Below are positions 26,309 to 35,402 of a stretch of 64,000 nucleotides of DNA, piece by piece. This stretch comes from an uncultured Solirubrobacterales bacterium. GTDB lineage: Bacteria; Actinomycetota; Thermoleophilia; Solirubrobacterales; Solirubrobacteraceae. The notes under the pieces are model-generated. The model ran no database searches, had not been told where the DNA came from, and saw only the letters and a list, made by a program, of their open reading frames with translations. Every line of letters starts with the position of its first letter. The stretch's first letter is position 1. The stretch lies in contig CAWGOQ010000002.1 of NCBI GenBank assembly GCA_963824295.1, positions 14,375 through 78,374 of the forward strand, read 5' to 3'. A program made the position numbers and the translations under genes.

Positions 26309-26972
26309 CTCGATCGCGGCCGTCTATGACGAGTCGATTCCGGCGCACGTCGCCGAGCACTACCTGAAGAAGCGGACGGCGTTCGTGGTCGCCCACTGCC
26401 CCCGCGGCGAGGGCCTCGACGTCGGCTGCGGGACCGGGGTGCTCGCCGAGCGGCTCGCCGGCGCCGGATACGAGATGGTCGGAGTCGATCCCTCGGCGGG
26501 GATGCTCGAGATCCTCGAGGCCAGGACGCCGCTCGTCCGCCCGGTGCCCGCGTCGGGCACCTCGCTGCCGTTTGATGACGACAGCTTTGACCTCGTCGTC
26601 ACCGTCGCCGTCATGCACCACATCGCCGACCCCGACGACGTACGCCAGACGCTCGCCGAAATGGTCAGGGTCGTGAAGCCCGGCGGGCGGGTGCTCGTGT
26701 GGGATCACAACCCTCGTAACCCGTACTGGGGGGTGCTGATGGCCCGCGTCCCCCAGGACACCGGCGAGGAGCGACTAATTCCCGAAGCCGAGATCGTCAC
26801 CGGCCTGCGCGCCGCGGGCGGACAGATCCTGCGGAGCACGCAGCTTGGCGCCGTCCCGGACTTCACCCCACCCCGGGCGATCCGCCGCGCCGCGGCGATC
26901 GAGCGGGCCGTCGAAGCAACGCCCGGGCTGAGGAGGTTCGCCGCGCACAATGTCATCCTCGCGACGAAGTGA
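26277..26972 (+). CDS. Class I SAM-dependent methyltransferase
   Basis: GLDVGCGTGVLAERLAGAGYEMVGVDPSAGML, PFDDDSFDLVVTVAVMHHI, VKPGGRVLVWDHN. Overlaps both neighbours (GTGA coupling at 26969). Confidence 0.8.
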   Translation: MRCPVSSSHFDSIAAVYDESIPAHVAEHYLKKRTAFVVAHCPRGEGLDVGCGTGVLAERLAGAGYEMVGVDPSAGMLEILEARTPLVRPVPASGTSLPFDDDSFDLVVTVAVMHHIADPDDVRQTLAEMVRVVKPGGRVLVWDHNPRNPYWGVLMARVPQDTGEERLIPEAEIVTGLRAAGGQILRSTQLGAVPDFTPPRAIRRAAAIERAVEATPGLRRFAAHNVILATK

Positions 26973-28693
26973 CTAGCCGCGCCTCGGCGGCAACCGAGTA
27001 CCCCTTCGTGCGCGGCGTCGACCGCGTAAGCGGTTGGCTCGCCTCGGGACGCCGCCAGGCCACGACTGCGCTCGCGTTGTACGTGGTCATCTCGATCGGA
27101 TATTTCGGGGTGCACGTGCTCCCCCACCTGGCAAGCACGTACGTCGGGCTGCCCAACTGGAGCGACCCGACGGTCAACGTGTGGAGCATGGCGTGGTGGC
27201 CGTACGCGCTCCTCCACGGGATGAACCCGCTGATCACGCACACGCTGTTTGTCCCCGACCGGATTAACCTGGCCGCCACCAGTCCGACGCTGTGCCCGCT
27301 GGCGGGGATCGTCGGCGCGCCGCTCACTCTCGCGTTCGGTCCGATCGCGTCATACAACCTGTTGATGCTGGCAAGCCCGGCGCTCGCGGCGTTCTTCGCC
27401 TTCCTGCTGTGCCGATACATCACAAAAAACTTTGCCGCGAGCCTCTTCGGCGGCTACGTCTTCGGCTTCTCGACCTACATCCTGGGACACATGGAGGGTC
27501 ACCTCCAACTGGTGCTGATCTTTCCCATTCCCGCCGGGGTTCTCCTCGTGCTTCGCCTGATCGATCAGCGCATCAGCGAGCGCCGGTTCATCATCCTTAT
27601 GGGGCTTACCGTGGGCGCGCTGTTCCTGACCTCCAGTGAACTTACACTCACGTTCGTAGTTCTCGGAGCGCTTGCCCTCGGCGTCGCGTTTGCGCTTGTC
27701 CCCACCGTGCGAGAGCGCATCGTAGGCACTGTGAAGCCGATTCTCATCGCCGGCGTCGCGGCGGCGATCGTGACGAGCCCGGTGATCTACTACGAACTCC
27801 ACGGAACCGTGCGGTTCGGATCGAACATCGGCGACATCGACGGCAGCGACGCCCTCGGGTTCCTCGTCCCCCCGAACCTGGTGCGGCTCGGCAGGACGGC
27901 TTTCGCGGCGCTTTCGAAGGCGTCCAACATCACCGGAAGTGACGCCGAGGCCGTCACCTATGTCGGCTTGCCGCTCGCACTGATTCTCGCGCGCTACACG
28001 ATCACGCGCTGGCGGGCGGCCGCGACGAAGATCCTCGTCGTGATGCTGACGGTCATCGTGGTGCTGATCCTCGGGTCGCACCTGCACGTCGCGGGGTACA
28101 CGACGATCCCGCTTCCGTGGAACGTCCTCGACCAGTCGTTGCTGCACGACGTGATTCCCATTCGCCTCTCGGTCTACATGTTCCTGATCGCGGCCGTGAT
28201 CCTCGCCATGTGGCTGGCGCAGCCACGCGCCGGAGGGTGGGGCGTCGCGAAATGGGCGGTGGCGGCCGTAAGCATCGCGTTCCTGGTGCCCAACGTCGGC
28301 GGTGGTATTTGGCGCGGGAAGGAAGTCAACCCGAGCTTCTTCACCACGCACGAATACCGACGCGTCCTCACGCGCGGGGAAAGCGTTCTCATTCTGCCCT
28401 TCGGCCAGCTAGACAACAGCATGCTCTGGCAGGCGGACACGGACTTCTGGTTCCGCCTGGCCGGCGGCTACATCAATCCCGTCTACCCGCCCGATTACGA
28501 ACACGACCCGCTGTTCCCCGCCTTGTTCCGCAAGGCCAAGCCGGACCCGCGGGCGCTGCGCTCCTTCCTCGTCCGTCGGCATATCGGCGCGGTGATCGTC
28601 GATCCCGCCATGCCTCAGCGGTGGCCCGGGGCGCTGGCGGCGCTCGGGCTCAAGCGCTCCTCACTCGGCGGCGTCTGGTTCTACCGCCTATGA
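26969..28693 (+). CDS. Large polytopic membrane protein, putative GT-C-type glycosyltransferase
   Basis: 574 aa with roughly 12 or more hydrophobic segments and a soluble C-terminal tail. Translationally coupled to the GT2 and methyltransferase genes. No specific family recognised by eye. Confidence 0.55.
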   Translation: MTSRASAATEYPFVRGVDRVSGWLASGRRQATTALALYVVISIGYFGVHVLPHLASTYVGLPNWSDPTVNVWSMAWWPYALLHGMNPLITHTLFVPDRINLAATSPTLCPLAGIVGAPLTLAFGPIASYNLLMLASPALAAFFAFLLCRYITKNFAASLFGGYVFGFSTYILGHMEGHLQLVLIFPIPAGVLLVLRLIDQRISERRFIILMGLTVGALFLTSSELTLTFVVLGALALGVAFALVPTVRERIVGTVKPILIAGVAAAIVTSPVIYYELHGTVRFGSNIGDIDGSDALGFLVPPNLVRLGRTAFAALSKASNITGSDAEAVTYVGLPLALILARYTITRWRAAATKILVVMLTVIVVLILGSHLHVAGYTTIPLPWNVLDQSLLHDVIPIRLSVYMFLIAAVILAMWLAQPRAGGWGVAKWAVAAVSIAFLVPNVGGGIWRGKEVNPSFFTTHEYRRVLTRGESVLILPFGQLDNSMLWQADTDFWFRLAGGYINPVYPPDYEHDPLFPALFRKAKPDPRALRSFLVRRHIGAVIVDPAMPQRWPGALAALGLKRSSLGGVWFYRL

Positions 28694-28734
28694 GCGACCG
28701 CGGCTCTAGCGATGTTCCCGGCGTCGCCTACCGG

Positions 28735-29157
28735 TCAGATCGCTGGCAGTAGCGTGAAGCCCTCGGCGCTCGCGGCGGCCCGAAGGCGTTGGTCGAAGAC
28801 GGCCATCGCGCCGACGTCCGGGTCTGCCTCGCGAGCGAGCAGCGCACTGGCCAGTTGCACCGCGTCGGCGCCGCGCAGGCGGTGTCGGCGCACGCACTCC
28901 AGCGAGCGAGTGATGACCGCCTCCGCCACCGGCAGGACCGCGAAGCGACCACGCCGCAGGTCGGCCACGAATGCCCGGTCGAGCACCGATGCCTGCGGTT
29001 CTGAGAGTTCGCCGCGCAGCGCCTTACCCCACATCGCGGCCAGCACCTCGGTCATCGACAGGGCGCTCATCACCATCGCGCCCCGCCACAATCTGAGTTC
29101 CTGCGCGCCGACCTCGTCCGCGTAGAGCTTGACTAGGGCGGAGGAGTCCCACAGGGC
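28735..29157 (-). CDS. PIN-domain ribonuclease toxin (VapC-like)
   Basis: Upstream extension of the track ORF reads ..LSALWDSSALVKLYADEVGAQELRLWRGAMVMSALSMTEVLAAMW...GADAVQLASALL.. (PIN acidic residues). An in-frame TGA lies immediately upstream and no ATG/GTG/TTG precedes the conserved WDSS Asp, so the start is uncertain. Confidence 0.65.
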   Translation of the reverse strand, partial: ALWDSSALVKLYADEVGAQELRLWRGAMVMSALSMTEVLAAMWGKALRGELSEPQASVLDRAFVADLRRGRFAVLPVAEAVITRSLECVRRHRLRGADAVQLASALLAREADPDVGAMAVFDQRLRAAASAEGFTLLPAI

Positions 29158-29159
29158 GC

Positions 29160-29462
29160 TCAGCGTCGCCCCTCACTGACCAATTGCGCCAGCGGCGTCC
29201 CGCGGCCCGCAGCCGCCCTAGCGCGCGTGAGCTCCTCCTCGGTCGGCGCTTGTACGTCGGGCAAGGCAGCGAGGTCGAAGAGCAGCCCCGCACGAGCGAG
29301 TCGCTCGCGCAGCGCCTGAGACTCATCATCGGCCAGCGCCGGGTCGGTCGCCGCCGCGACCAGGTCCTCGAAGGTCTGGTTGATGCTGGCGCGCCGTGCC
29401 GCCGCTAGGCGTCGTACTGCTTGCCCGCGCTCGTCACTCAGTCGAACGGAGAACTGCTCCAT
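29160..29462 (-). CDS. Ribbon-helix-helix-type antitoxin (VapB-like)
   Basis: MEQFSVRLSDERGQAVRRLAAARRASINQTFEDLV. Directly upstream of the PIN gene, and its stop abuts the toxin frame. Confidence 0.6.
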   Translation of the reverse strand: MEQFSVRLSDERGQAVRRLAAARRASINQTFEDLVAAATDPALADDESQALRERLARAGLLFDLAALPDVQAPTEEELTRARAAAGRGTPLAQLVSEGRR

Positions 29463-29547
29463 GCGAAAGCATGATAGCAGGCATGAGAGCAAGAGGAGGC
29501 CAAGGGACTACGCAGTTTCACACCGGAAGCGACGCCCGGGCGGCGTT

Positions 29548-30396
29548 TCAGCCCGCCGTCCGGAACTGCTCCATCACCGCGGTAAAACGGTCGAAGCCCT
29601 GCTCCACGGCGCTGGGGCTCTCTTGCGGGAGCCAGAACAGAACCCGGTGAACCCCGGCCTGCTCGAGCTGCTCGATGCGAGCCGGCTCGGGCGCCATCCC
29701 CATCACGCTGACCGGGATGGGATCGCGTCCGGCCTCGGCTGCGCGCATGTTCAGCTCGCCGATCCGGGGTACCAGCTCCTCCTCGGTGCTGCGGTTGGGC
29801 ATCCACTCGTCGCCGTAGGCGAGCACGCGATCGAGCACCTTGGCGCCGTTGCCGCCGACGATCACCGGCGGGTGCGGCTTCTGCATTGGCTTCGGCCAGC
29901 ACCAGATCCGCTCGAAGTTGACGTAGCGGCCGGAGTAGCTGGCCTCGTCCTGCGCCCAGATCGCCTTCATCGCTTCGATACGCTCGCGCATCAGCCCGAA
30001 CCGGTGCGAGGCGTCGGTGCCGTGGTTGGCCATCTCCTCGACGTTCCATCCGGCGCCCACCCCGAACAGGAAGCGTCCGCCGGACAGGACGTCGACGGAC
30101 GCCACCTCCTTGGCGGTGACGATCGGGTCACGCTCGATGACCAAGCAGATGCCGGTCCCGATGAGCAGCCGCTCGGTCGCCGCGGCGGCGGCACTGAGGC
30201 CGACGAACGGATCAAAGGTCTGGCTGTAGTACGGAGGGAGCTCGCCGCCGCCTGGGTAGCGCGACTCGCGGCTGGCCGGGATGTGGGTGTGCTCGGGGAA
30301 CAGGAGGGATTCGAATCCCCGGTCCTCGGCCATTCGGGCGAGTACCGCGGGCGGCGGCACGGACTCGGTCGGGAAGATGCCAACGCCGAATTTCAT
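29548..30396 (-). CDS. LLM-class F420-dependent oxidoreductase (luciferase-like)
   Basis: MKFGVGIFPTE..., GFESLLFPEHTHIP, GGRFLFGVGAGWNVEEM, PKPMQKPHPPVIVGG. Confidence 0.8.
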   Translation of the reverse strand: MKFGVGIFPTESVPPPAVLARMAEDRGFESLLFPEHTHIPASRESRYPGGGELPPYYSQTFDPFVGLSAAAAATERLLIGTGICLVIERDPIVTAKEVASVDVLSGGRFLFGVGAGWNVEEMANHGTDASHRFGLMRERIEAMKAIWAQDEASYSGRYVNFERIWCWPKPMQKPHPPVIVGGNGAKVLDRVLAYGDEWMPNRSTEEELVPRIGELNMRAAEAGRDPIPVSVMGMAPEPARIEQLEQAGVHRVLFWLPQESPSAVEQGFDRFTAVMEQFRTAG

Positions 30397-30448
30397 TGCG
30401 TTGTCTGTTCACGTTAGCGGAGGCGGGCGGCGCGCTACCGTTCCCCCA

Positions 30449-30871
30449 ATGGCTACCGAACGCGAAACCGAGACCCGCGAGGTCACGCTCTCTGACGAGC
30501 AGTGGCGCGAGCGCCTCTCGCCCGAGCAGTACAAAATCCTGCGCCAGCACGGCACCGAGCGGCCGTTCACCGGCGAGTACGTCCACGTCAAGGACGACGG
30601 CAAGTATCACTGCGCCGGCTGCGGTGCCGAGCTGTTCAGCTCCGACGCGAAGTTTGACTCGGGCACCGGGTGGCCGAGCTTCTACGAGCCGGGCGTGGCC
30701 GAGAACATCGAGACGCGGGAGGACCGGAGCCTGCTGATGCGGCGCACCGAGGTCGTGTGCAAGCGCTGTGGAGGGCACCTCGGTCACGTGTTCGACGACG
30801 GTCCACGGCCGACCGGGCTGCGCTACTGCATCAACTCCTGCGCGCTCGAGCTCGAGCCGGACCAGTCGTAG
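30449..30871 (+). CDS. msrB: Peptide-methionine (R)-S-oxide reductase
   Basis: From MATERETE: GTERPFTGEY, YHCAGCGAELFSSDAKFDSGTGWPSF, CKRCGGHLGHVFDDGP..GLRYCINS. Confidence 0.9.
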   Translation: MATERETETREVTLSDEQWRERLSPEQYKILRQHGTERPFTGEYVHVKDDGKYHCAGCGAELFSSDAKFDSGTGWPSFYEPGVAENIETREDRSLLMRRTEVVCKRCGGHLGHVFDDGPRPTGLRYCINSCALELEPDQS

Positions 30872-30916
30872 CGGCGCACGCGGCGACGCGCATCCCCATT
30901 TCGCCTGCCTGGAAGG

Positions 30917-31204
30917 TCAGGTGCCTGTGACCGCCGTTGAGGACCGCGCGTCCTGGACGGTGACAACCACGACTCGATCCTCCTCCTCGCGGTACTCGTA
31001 GACCACGAGCATCCACCGCCATGGGCCGACCAGGCATCGCAGACCGTCCCACCGGCCGCCCAGAGCCACGCCGAGTCGGGGGAACCGCTCCAGTGTGCGC
31101 AGGGACCGAGCCACCCGAGCGGACGCGTTAGACGGAAGGCTCAACATCACGATCAGTCGCTCTAGGTCCTCGACCGCCGTACGGGCCAACTCGACGCTAG
31201 CCAC
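30917..31204 (-). CDS. RelE/ParE-family toxin
   Basis: GTG start at about 31204, 8 nt after the antitoxin stop. VASVELARTAVEDLERLI....RCLVGPWRWMLVVYEYREEEDRVVVVTVQDARS is the typical plasmid-stabilisation toxin C-terminus. Confidence 0.65.
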   Translation of the reverse strand: MASVELARTAVEDLERLIVMLSLPSNASARVARSLRTLERFPRLGVALGGRWDGLRCLVGPWRWMLVVYEYREEEDRVVVVTVQDARSSTAVTGT

Positions 31205-31211
31205 CGGCTGC

Positions 31212-31460
31212 CTACGCGAGGTCGTCGAGCGAGATGGTCTCGCCCGACTCAGCTTGCCGGCGTCCCAGTCCGGCGCGCTCGTACGCGTCCGGAAGCCCGT
31301 CGAGGAGATGCACGACGTTCTGGGCGTCGAGCGCGGCCTCATCGAGCGCCGAGAGCAGCAGCGAGCGAGCGAGCGTTCCCGGCTGGAGGTGCATCCGTTC
31401 GGCCATCTGTGCCAGGCGCTCGTACTGCTCGTCGTCCACCGTGATGTTGAGTCGTTCCAT
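31212..31460 (-). CDS. Ribbon-helix-helix (CopG-like) antitoxin
   Basis: MERLNITVDDEQYERLAQMAERMHLQPGTLARSLL. Located upstream of the RelE/ParE-like gene. Confidence 0.65.
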   Translation of the reverse strand: MERLNITVDDEQYERLAQMAERMHLQPGTLARSLLLSALDEAALDAQNVVHLLDGLPDAYERAGLGRRQAESGETISLDDLA

Positions 31461-31499
31461 CGAGCGGGACTCTACACGAGACGTAACAATCCGTGTAGG

Positions 31500-32126
31500 T
31501 CACCTCTCGAGCGCGCGCCGCTGCCGGCGCCGCTTCACGACGACGTAGATCACGAGCGGCAGCACCAGAAGCAGGACGAAGCCGACGATGCCCGCCTCGG
31601 CGAGCACGTGCGCGGCGGCTTGTCCGCCGTAGTAGCCGACCAGGCCGTAGGTCACGCCCCAGGTGATCCCGCCCAGCGCGTTCCAGAAGAAGAACTGCTT
31701 GAACGGCATCCGGTTGATCCCGGCCAGCCAGGCGGTGGCGAACCGCACGAGCGCGATCCACCGGCCCACGAACACCGCCTTCGACCCGTGGCGCTGGAAG
31801 AACTTGTCGCCCGAGCGGATGGCGTTGACGCGGTGGTGCATGAACGGCCCGGGCGCCGTGAACACACTGCGCCCATACCGCCGGCCGAGCAGGTAGCCGA
31901 GGTTGTCGCCGAGGATGGCCGAGCACACCCCGATCAGGATCACCAGCCAGATCTCCAGCTTGCCCTGGCTGGCCAGGACCGCCGCCGCGACAAGCGCCGT
32001 TTCCCCGGGCGACGGTATCCCCATCGACTCGAGCCCGATGATCGCCGGGAGTAGATAGCCGAGGCTGTTCGAGGCGCCGAGGATCGCCGCAAACGAGCCA
32101 GCGATCGCAGCGAGACCCCACATCAC
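31500..32126 (-). CDS. DedA-family membrane protein
   Basis: ..ESMGIPSPGETALVAAAVLASQG.., ILGDNLGYLLGRRYG, FFQRHGSKAVFVGRWIALVRFATAWLAGINRMPF. Confidence 0.85.
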   Translation of the reverse strand: MMWGLAAIAGSFAAILGASNSLGYLLPAIIGLESMGIPSPGETALVAAAVLASQGKLEIWLVILIGVCSAILGDNLGYLLGRRYGRSVFTAPGPFMHHRVNAIRSGDKFFQRHGSKAVFVGRWIALVRFATAWLAGINRMPFKQFFFWNALGGITWGVTYGLVGYYGGQAAAHVLAEAGIVGFVLLLVLPLVIYVVVKRRRQRRALER

Positions 32127-32139
32127 GCCGGCACCGGCG

Positions 32140-32892
32140 TCAGCCGACGGGGCCCGGATTCTCGAGCACGGCCAGCAGCGATAGGCCGGCGGCCATGCTC
32201 CGACCGCTGGCCAGCCACCGGGCCTCGAGCCGCAAGGGCTGCTCGAGCACGGCGTTCAACCACTCCGGGCCGAGGGTCAGCTCGGGTTTGTAATCGCCGT
32301 TGGGCTGGCGCAGCCGCCGGCGCTCGGCCAGACGCACGGCTGCCGCCGGGCCTAGCAGCAGACCGTTGAACGACGTCATCCTCCGCACCCGCCAGCCGGT
32401 CTCGTCGGCCGCGGCGCGCAGGCGCCCGCGCGAATAGCGACGGTAGTGATGATTGGCCACGTCGTGCGTCGACCACAGACCCTGGTAGGCCGGCACGGTC
32501 ACGAGCAGGAACGCTCCGGGCTTGGATACGCGCCGAAGCTCGCTGAGCGTGACCCGGTCATCGGGCGTGTGCTCGATCACGTCGAGGCAGGTGATCAGGT
32601 CGAACTGCGCGTCCTCCCAGGGCAGCTCCTCGAGCCGGCCGATCCGAACCTCACCCCGTCCGCGGGAAATCGCCAGCTCGGCGGCGACCGGGTCGAGCTC
32701 GATTCCCTGCACCTCCCCATAGGGGACCAGCTCCTCGAGCGTGCGGCCCGATCCGCAGCCGGCATCGAGGATGCGAGCGCCGGGTGCCAGCGCGAGCCGG
32801 TCGAGCTCGGCGCGGATGATCCGCCGGCGCCCGCGATACCACCAGTGGCGGTCGTCGAGCTCCAGCATCGCCTTCATCAAGCGTGCGTCCAT
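32140..32892 (-). CDS. Class I SAM-dependent methyltransferase
   Basis: HWWYRGRR, ILDAGCGSGRTLEEL, DLITCLDVIEHTPDD, KPGAFLLVTVPA. Confidence 0.8.
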   Translation of the reverse strand: MDARLMKAMLELDDRHWWYRGRRRIIRAELDRLALAPGARILDAGCGSGRTLEELVPYGEVQGIELDPVAAELAISRGRGEVRIGRLEELPWEDAQFDLITCLDVIEHTPDDRVTLSELRRVSKPGAFLLVTVPAYQGLWSTHDVANHHYRRYSRGRLRAAADETGWRVRRMTSFNGLLLGPAAAVRLAERRRLRQPNGDYKPELTLGPEWLNAVLEQPLRLEARWLASGRSMAAGLSLLAVLENPGPVG

Positions 32893-34589
32893 GGTTCTAA
32901 TCCTCGCAGCCGGCCGAGCCGGGCCCTACACCACCGCGAGCGGCTCCTCCTCCTGGGCCGAGCCACCGGCAATCGCAACGTGAACGTCGCCCCGGGTAGA
33001 TCGGTGCGCTCGAGCACGAGCTCGCCGCCCATCCGCTCTGCCAGCTCCCGGCCGATGGCCAGCCCGAGGCCGAACCCGGCCGTCCCGCTGGCCAGACGGC
33101 CGCGTTGGAAGCGATCGAAGATCAGCTCGCGTTCCTCGGGCGGCACCCCGGGGCCCTCGTCGTGGACGGTGAGCGACACGTTCTCACCATTGCGGAGCTC
33201 GACGGCGACCTCGCCCCCTTGCGGGCTGACTCGGACGGCGTTGTCGAGCAGGATGCGGACGATCCGGGCGATCGAGCCGGGGTCGCCGCGCGCCCACACC
33301 TGGCCGACCGAGTCGTCGAGCGACGAGACGATCCCGCGTTCCTCGGTCCCAAGCTCGAACTCGGCCAGCACGGCACGGCTCAACTCCCCGAGCTCAACCG
33401 GTTCGGAGCGCAGCTGCACCTGCGCGTCGAGCCGGCTCAGGTCGAGTAGGTCGGCCGCCAGCCGGGCCAGGCGGCGCGACTGGGTACGCGCCCGCTCGAG
33501 CAGCGAGCGGGCGTCGGCGAGGTCGGGATCGCCGCTGCGCAGATCGTCGTCGAGCAGCTCGAGCATCCCATCGAGTGAGGCTAGCGGCGTGCGCAGCTCG
33601 TGCGACGCGGTCGAGACGAAGGCCCGGCGCGCCTCCTCCTGGTGCTGAAGCTGCTGCTGCATCTGGTCAAAGGCCCTGGCCAGGTCGCCGACCTCGTCCC
33701 GGCCGCGCTCGGCGGGCACCTCCACGGGCGGACCCTCCGCGGCGAGCTGAAGCGCCGCCTGGCGGAGTCGGCGCAGGCGCCGGACGATCGTGCCCGACAG
33801 CGGGATGCCGAGGATGAGCGTCAATCCGAGCCCGGCCAGGGCGGCGTATAGGAACGCCTTGCGCACCGTGGCGACCGCGGCGTTGACCGTGTCCAGCGGC
33901 TTGCGTACCACCAAGACCCAGTGCGCGTTACCCCCTCCAGGCACAGGCGTGGTGAAGGGCAGGGCAGCCCGCGCGTACTGAGTGCCGGCGATCGTGCCGA
34001 TGCTGTAGATGGCGCCCTTGCTACCGAATGCCCGCACCACATCGTCCTCGGAGGGATCGAGGCGGGCGATGTTCGACGGGGTCGTGACCTCGATCAGCTT
34101 GGCGCCGCGCCCCGAGGGCTCCGCGTACCCGAGGAGCGCCACCTCGGTGGCGCCGGTGGCGGCCTGCAGGCTGTGCTCCTGCTTGATGATCGCGTCTTGG
34201 GCCTGCTCGCCCAGCGTGCGCAGGCAGACGTCCTGCTTGTAAGTCGTAGTGTCTTGCGCGCATGGCAACGAGTCGGACCGGCGGACCTCCGGCCTGATCG
34301 GCGCGCCCCCGGTTGCCGACTTGTCGACGGGGACCTCGGCCTCAGCGACGATGCCCGGATTCTGCGCCTGGAACGGCCTGATCGTCCTCCCGAAGCTGGT
34401 GGCATTGGTCCGCTTGGTGCTACCAACCTCGTTGCGCAGCGTGTTCAGCTCGGCATGTCGCAGCGACTGCTCCAGAGGGCCGAGCAGCGTTAGCGCGGCG
34501 ACGGCCAGTGTGGCCACGGCCGTGAAGAGGACGGCCCCGAGGATCCTGCCGCGCAATCCGAGAGCGCGGCGTGAGGGCCGCACGCGCAT
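32877..34589 (-). CDS. Sensor histidine kinase (TM-periplasmic loop-TM-HAMP-HisKA-HATPase)
   Basis: 570 aa. FVSTASHELRTPLASL (H-box), LLDNAVRVSP (N-box), VHDEGPGVP, GFGLGLAIGRELAERMGG. Confidence 0.9.
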   Translation of the reverse strand: MRVRPSRRALGLRGRILGAVLFTAVATLAVAALTLLGPLEQSLRHAELNTLRNEVGSTKRTNATSFGRTIRPFQAQNPGIVAEAEVPVDKSATGGAPIRPEVRRSDSLPCAQDTTTYKQDVCLRTLGEQAQDAIIKQEHSLQAATGATEVALLGYAEPSGRGAKLIEVTTPSNIARLDPSEDDVVRAFGSKGAIYSIGTIAGTQYARAALPFTTPVPGGGNAHWVLVVRKPLDTVNAAVATVRKAFLYAALAGLGLTLILGIPLSGTIVRRLRRLRQAALQLAAEGPPVEVPAERGRDEVGDLARAFDQMQQQLQHQEEARRAFVSTASHELRTPLASLDGMLELLDDDLRSGDPDLADARSLLERARTQSRRLARLAADLLDLSRLDAQVQLRSEPVELGELSRAVLAEFELGTEERGIVSSLDDSVGQVWARGDPGSIARIVRILLDNAVRVSPQGGEVAVELRNGENVSLTVHDEGPGVPPEERELIFDRFQRGRLASGTAGFGLGLAIGRELAERMGGELVLERTDLPGATFTLRLPVARPRRRSRSRWCRARLGRLRGLEPWTHA

Positions 34590-34591
34590 TT

Positions 34592-35335
34592 CTATATCGT
34601 CCTGAGCCGGTACCCCGCGCCGCGGACGGTGAGGATGAACCGCGGCTTCTCGGGCTCGGGTTCGAGCTTCTCGCGCAGATGCCGGATGTGGACGTCGATC
34701 GCCCGTGGGTCGCGGTAGGCGCTGTCCCCCCAGATCGCCCGGAGCAGCTCCTGGCGGTTGAGCAGTCGGCCTGGATCGGCCATCAGCGCATCGAGCAGCT
34801 CGAACTCGGAGAAGGTCAGGCGCACCGGGCGACCGTCCATGCTGACCTCGCGTTGGGCGCGGTCGAGCGCGATCGGTCCGACCACCAGCACCTCGTCGCC
34901 CATCGCGCGCGTCCCGGCCCGCCGGAGCACGGCCCGGATCCGGCTGCGCAGCTCGGCCAGCCCGAACGGCTTGGTCACGTAGTCGTCCGCCCCGGCCTCC
35001 AGGCCGAGCACCGCATCCGCCTCGGAGTCGAGCGCAGTGAGCATGATGATCGGCACCACGTTGCGACGGGCCCGGAGCGTGCGGCAGACCTCGTACCCGT
35101 CAGGGCCCGGACCGAGCGCGACGTCGAGCAGGATGATGTCGAAGTGGTCGGTGCTGGCGCGATCGATCGCCGAGCGGCCGTCGCCCACGGCCATCACCCG
35201 ATGGCCCTCGCGGGAGAACGAGCGCGTCAGCATCTCGCGCAGATCCGACTCGTCGTCGACGACGAGGATGATCAGCGAGGCATCGTTGTTGCGCGCCGCC
35301 GGGGAGTGGGGCTGTGTGATCCGTCCAGCCGACAT
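34592..35335 (-). CDS. OmpR/PhoB-family response regulator
   Basis: IILVVDDESDLREML, DIILLDVALPG-like, C-terminal winged helix LTFSEFELLDALM...IDVHIRHLREKLE..ILTVRGAGYRL. Confidence 0.9.
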   Translation of the reverse strand: MSAGRITQPHSPAARNNDASLIILVVDDESDLREMLTRSFSREGHRVMAVGDGRSAIDRASTDHFDIILLDVALGPGPDGYEVCRTLRARRNVVPIIMLTALDSEADAVLGLEAGADDYVTKPFGLAELRSRIRAVLRRAGTRAMGDEVLVVGPIALDRAQREVSMDGRPVRLTFSEFELLDALMADPGRLLNRQELLRAIWGDSAYRDPRAIDVHIRHLREKLEPEPEKPRFILTVRGAGYRLRTI

Positions 35336-35402
35336 CGACTAAAAACCCGGAACGATCGTAGCGCCGAGCGGACTCGATCCGGGATCTTCGTGGCCCGGGG
35401 GA

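Noticed and set aside
32446-33648. 400-aa plus-strand ORF
   Set aside because: Antisense to the histidine kinase and methyltransferase. Ser/Arg/Pro-rich artefact.
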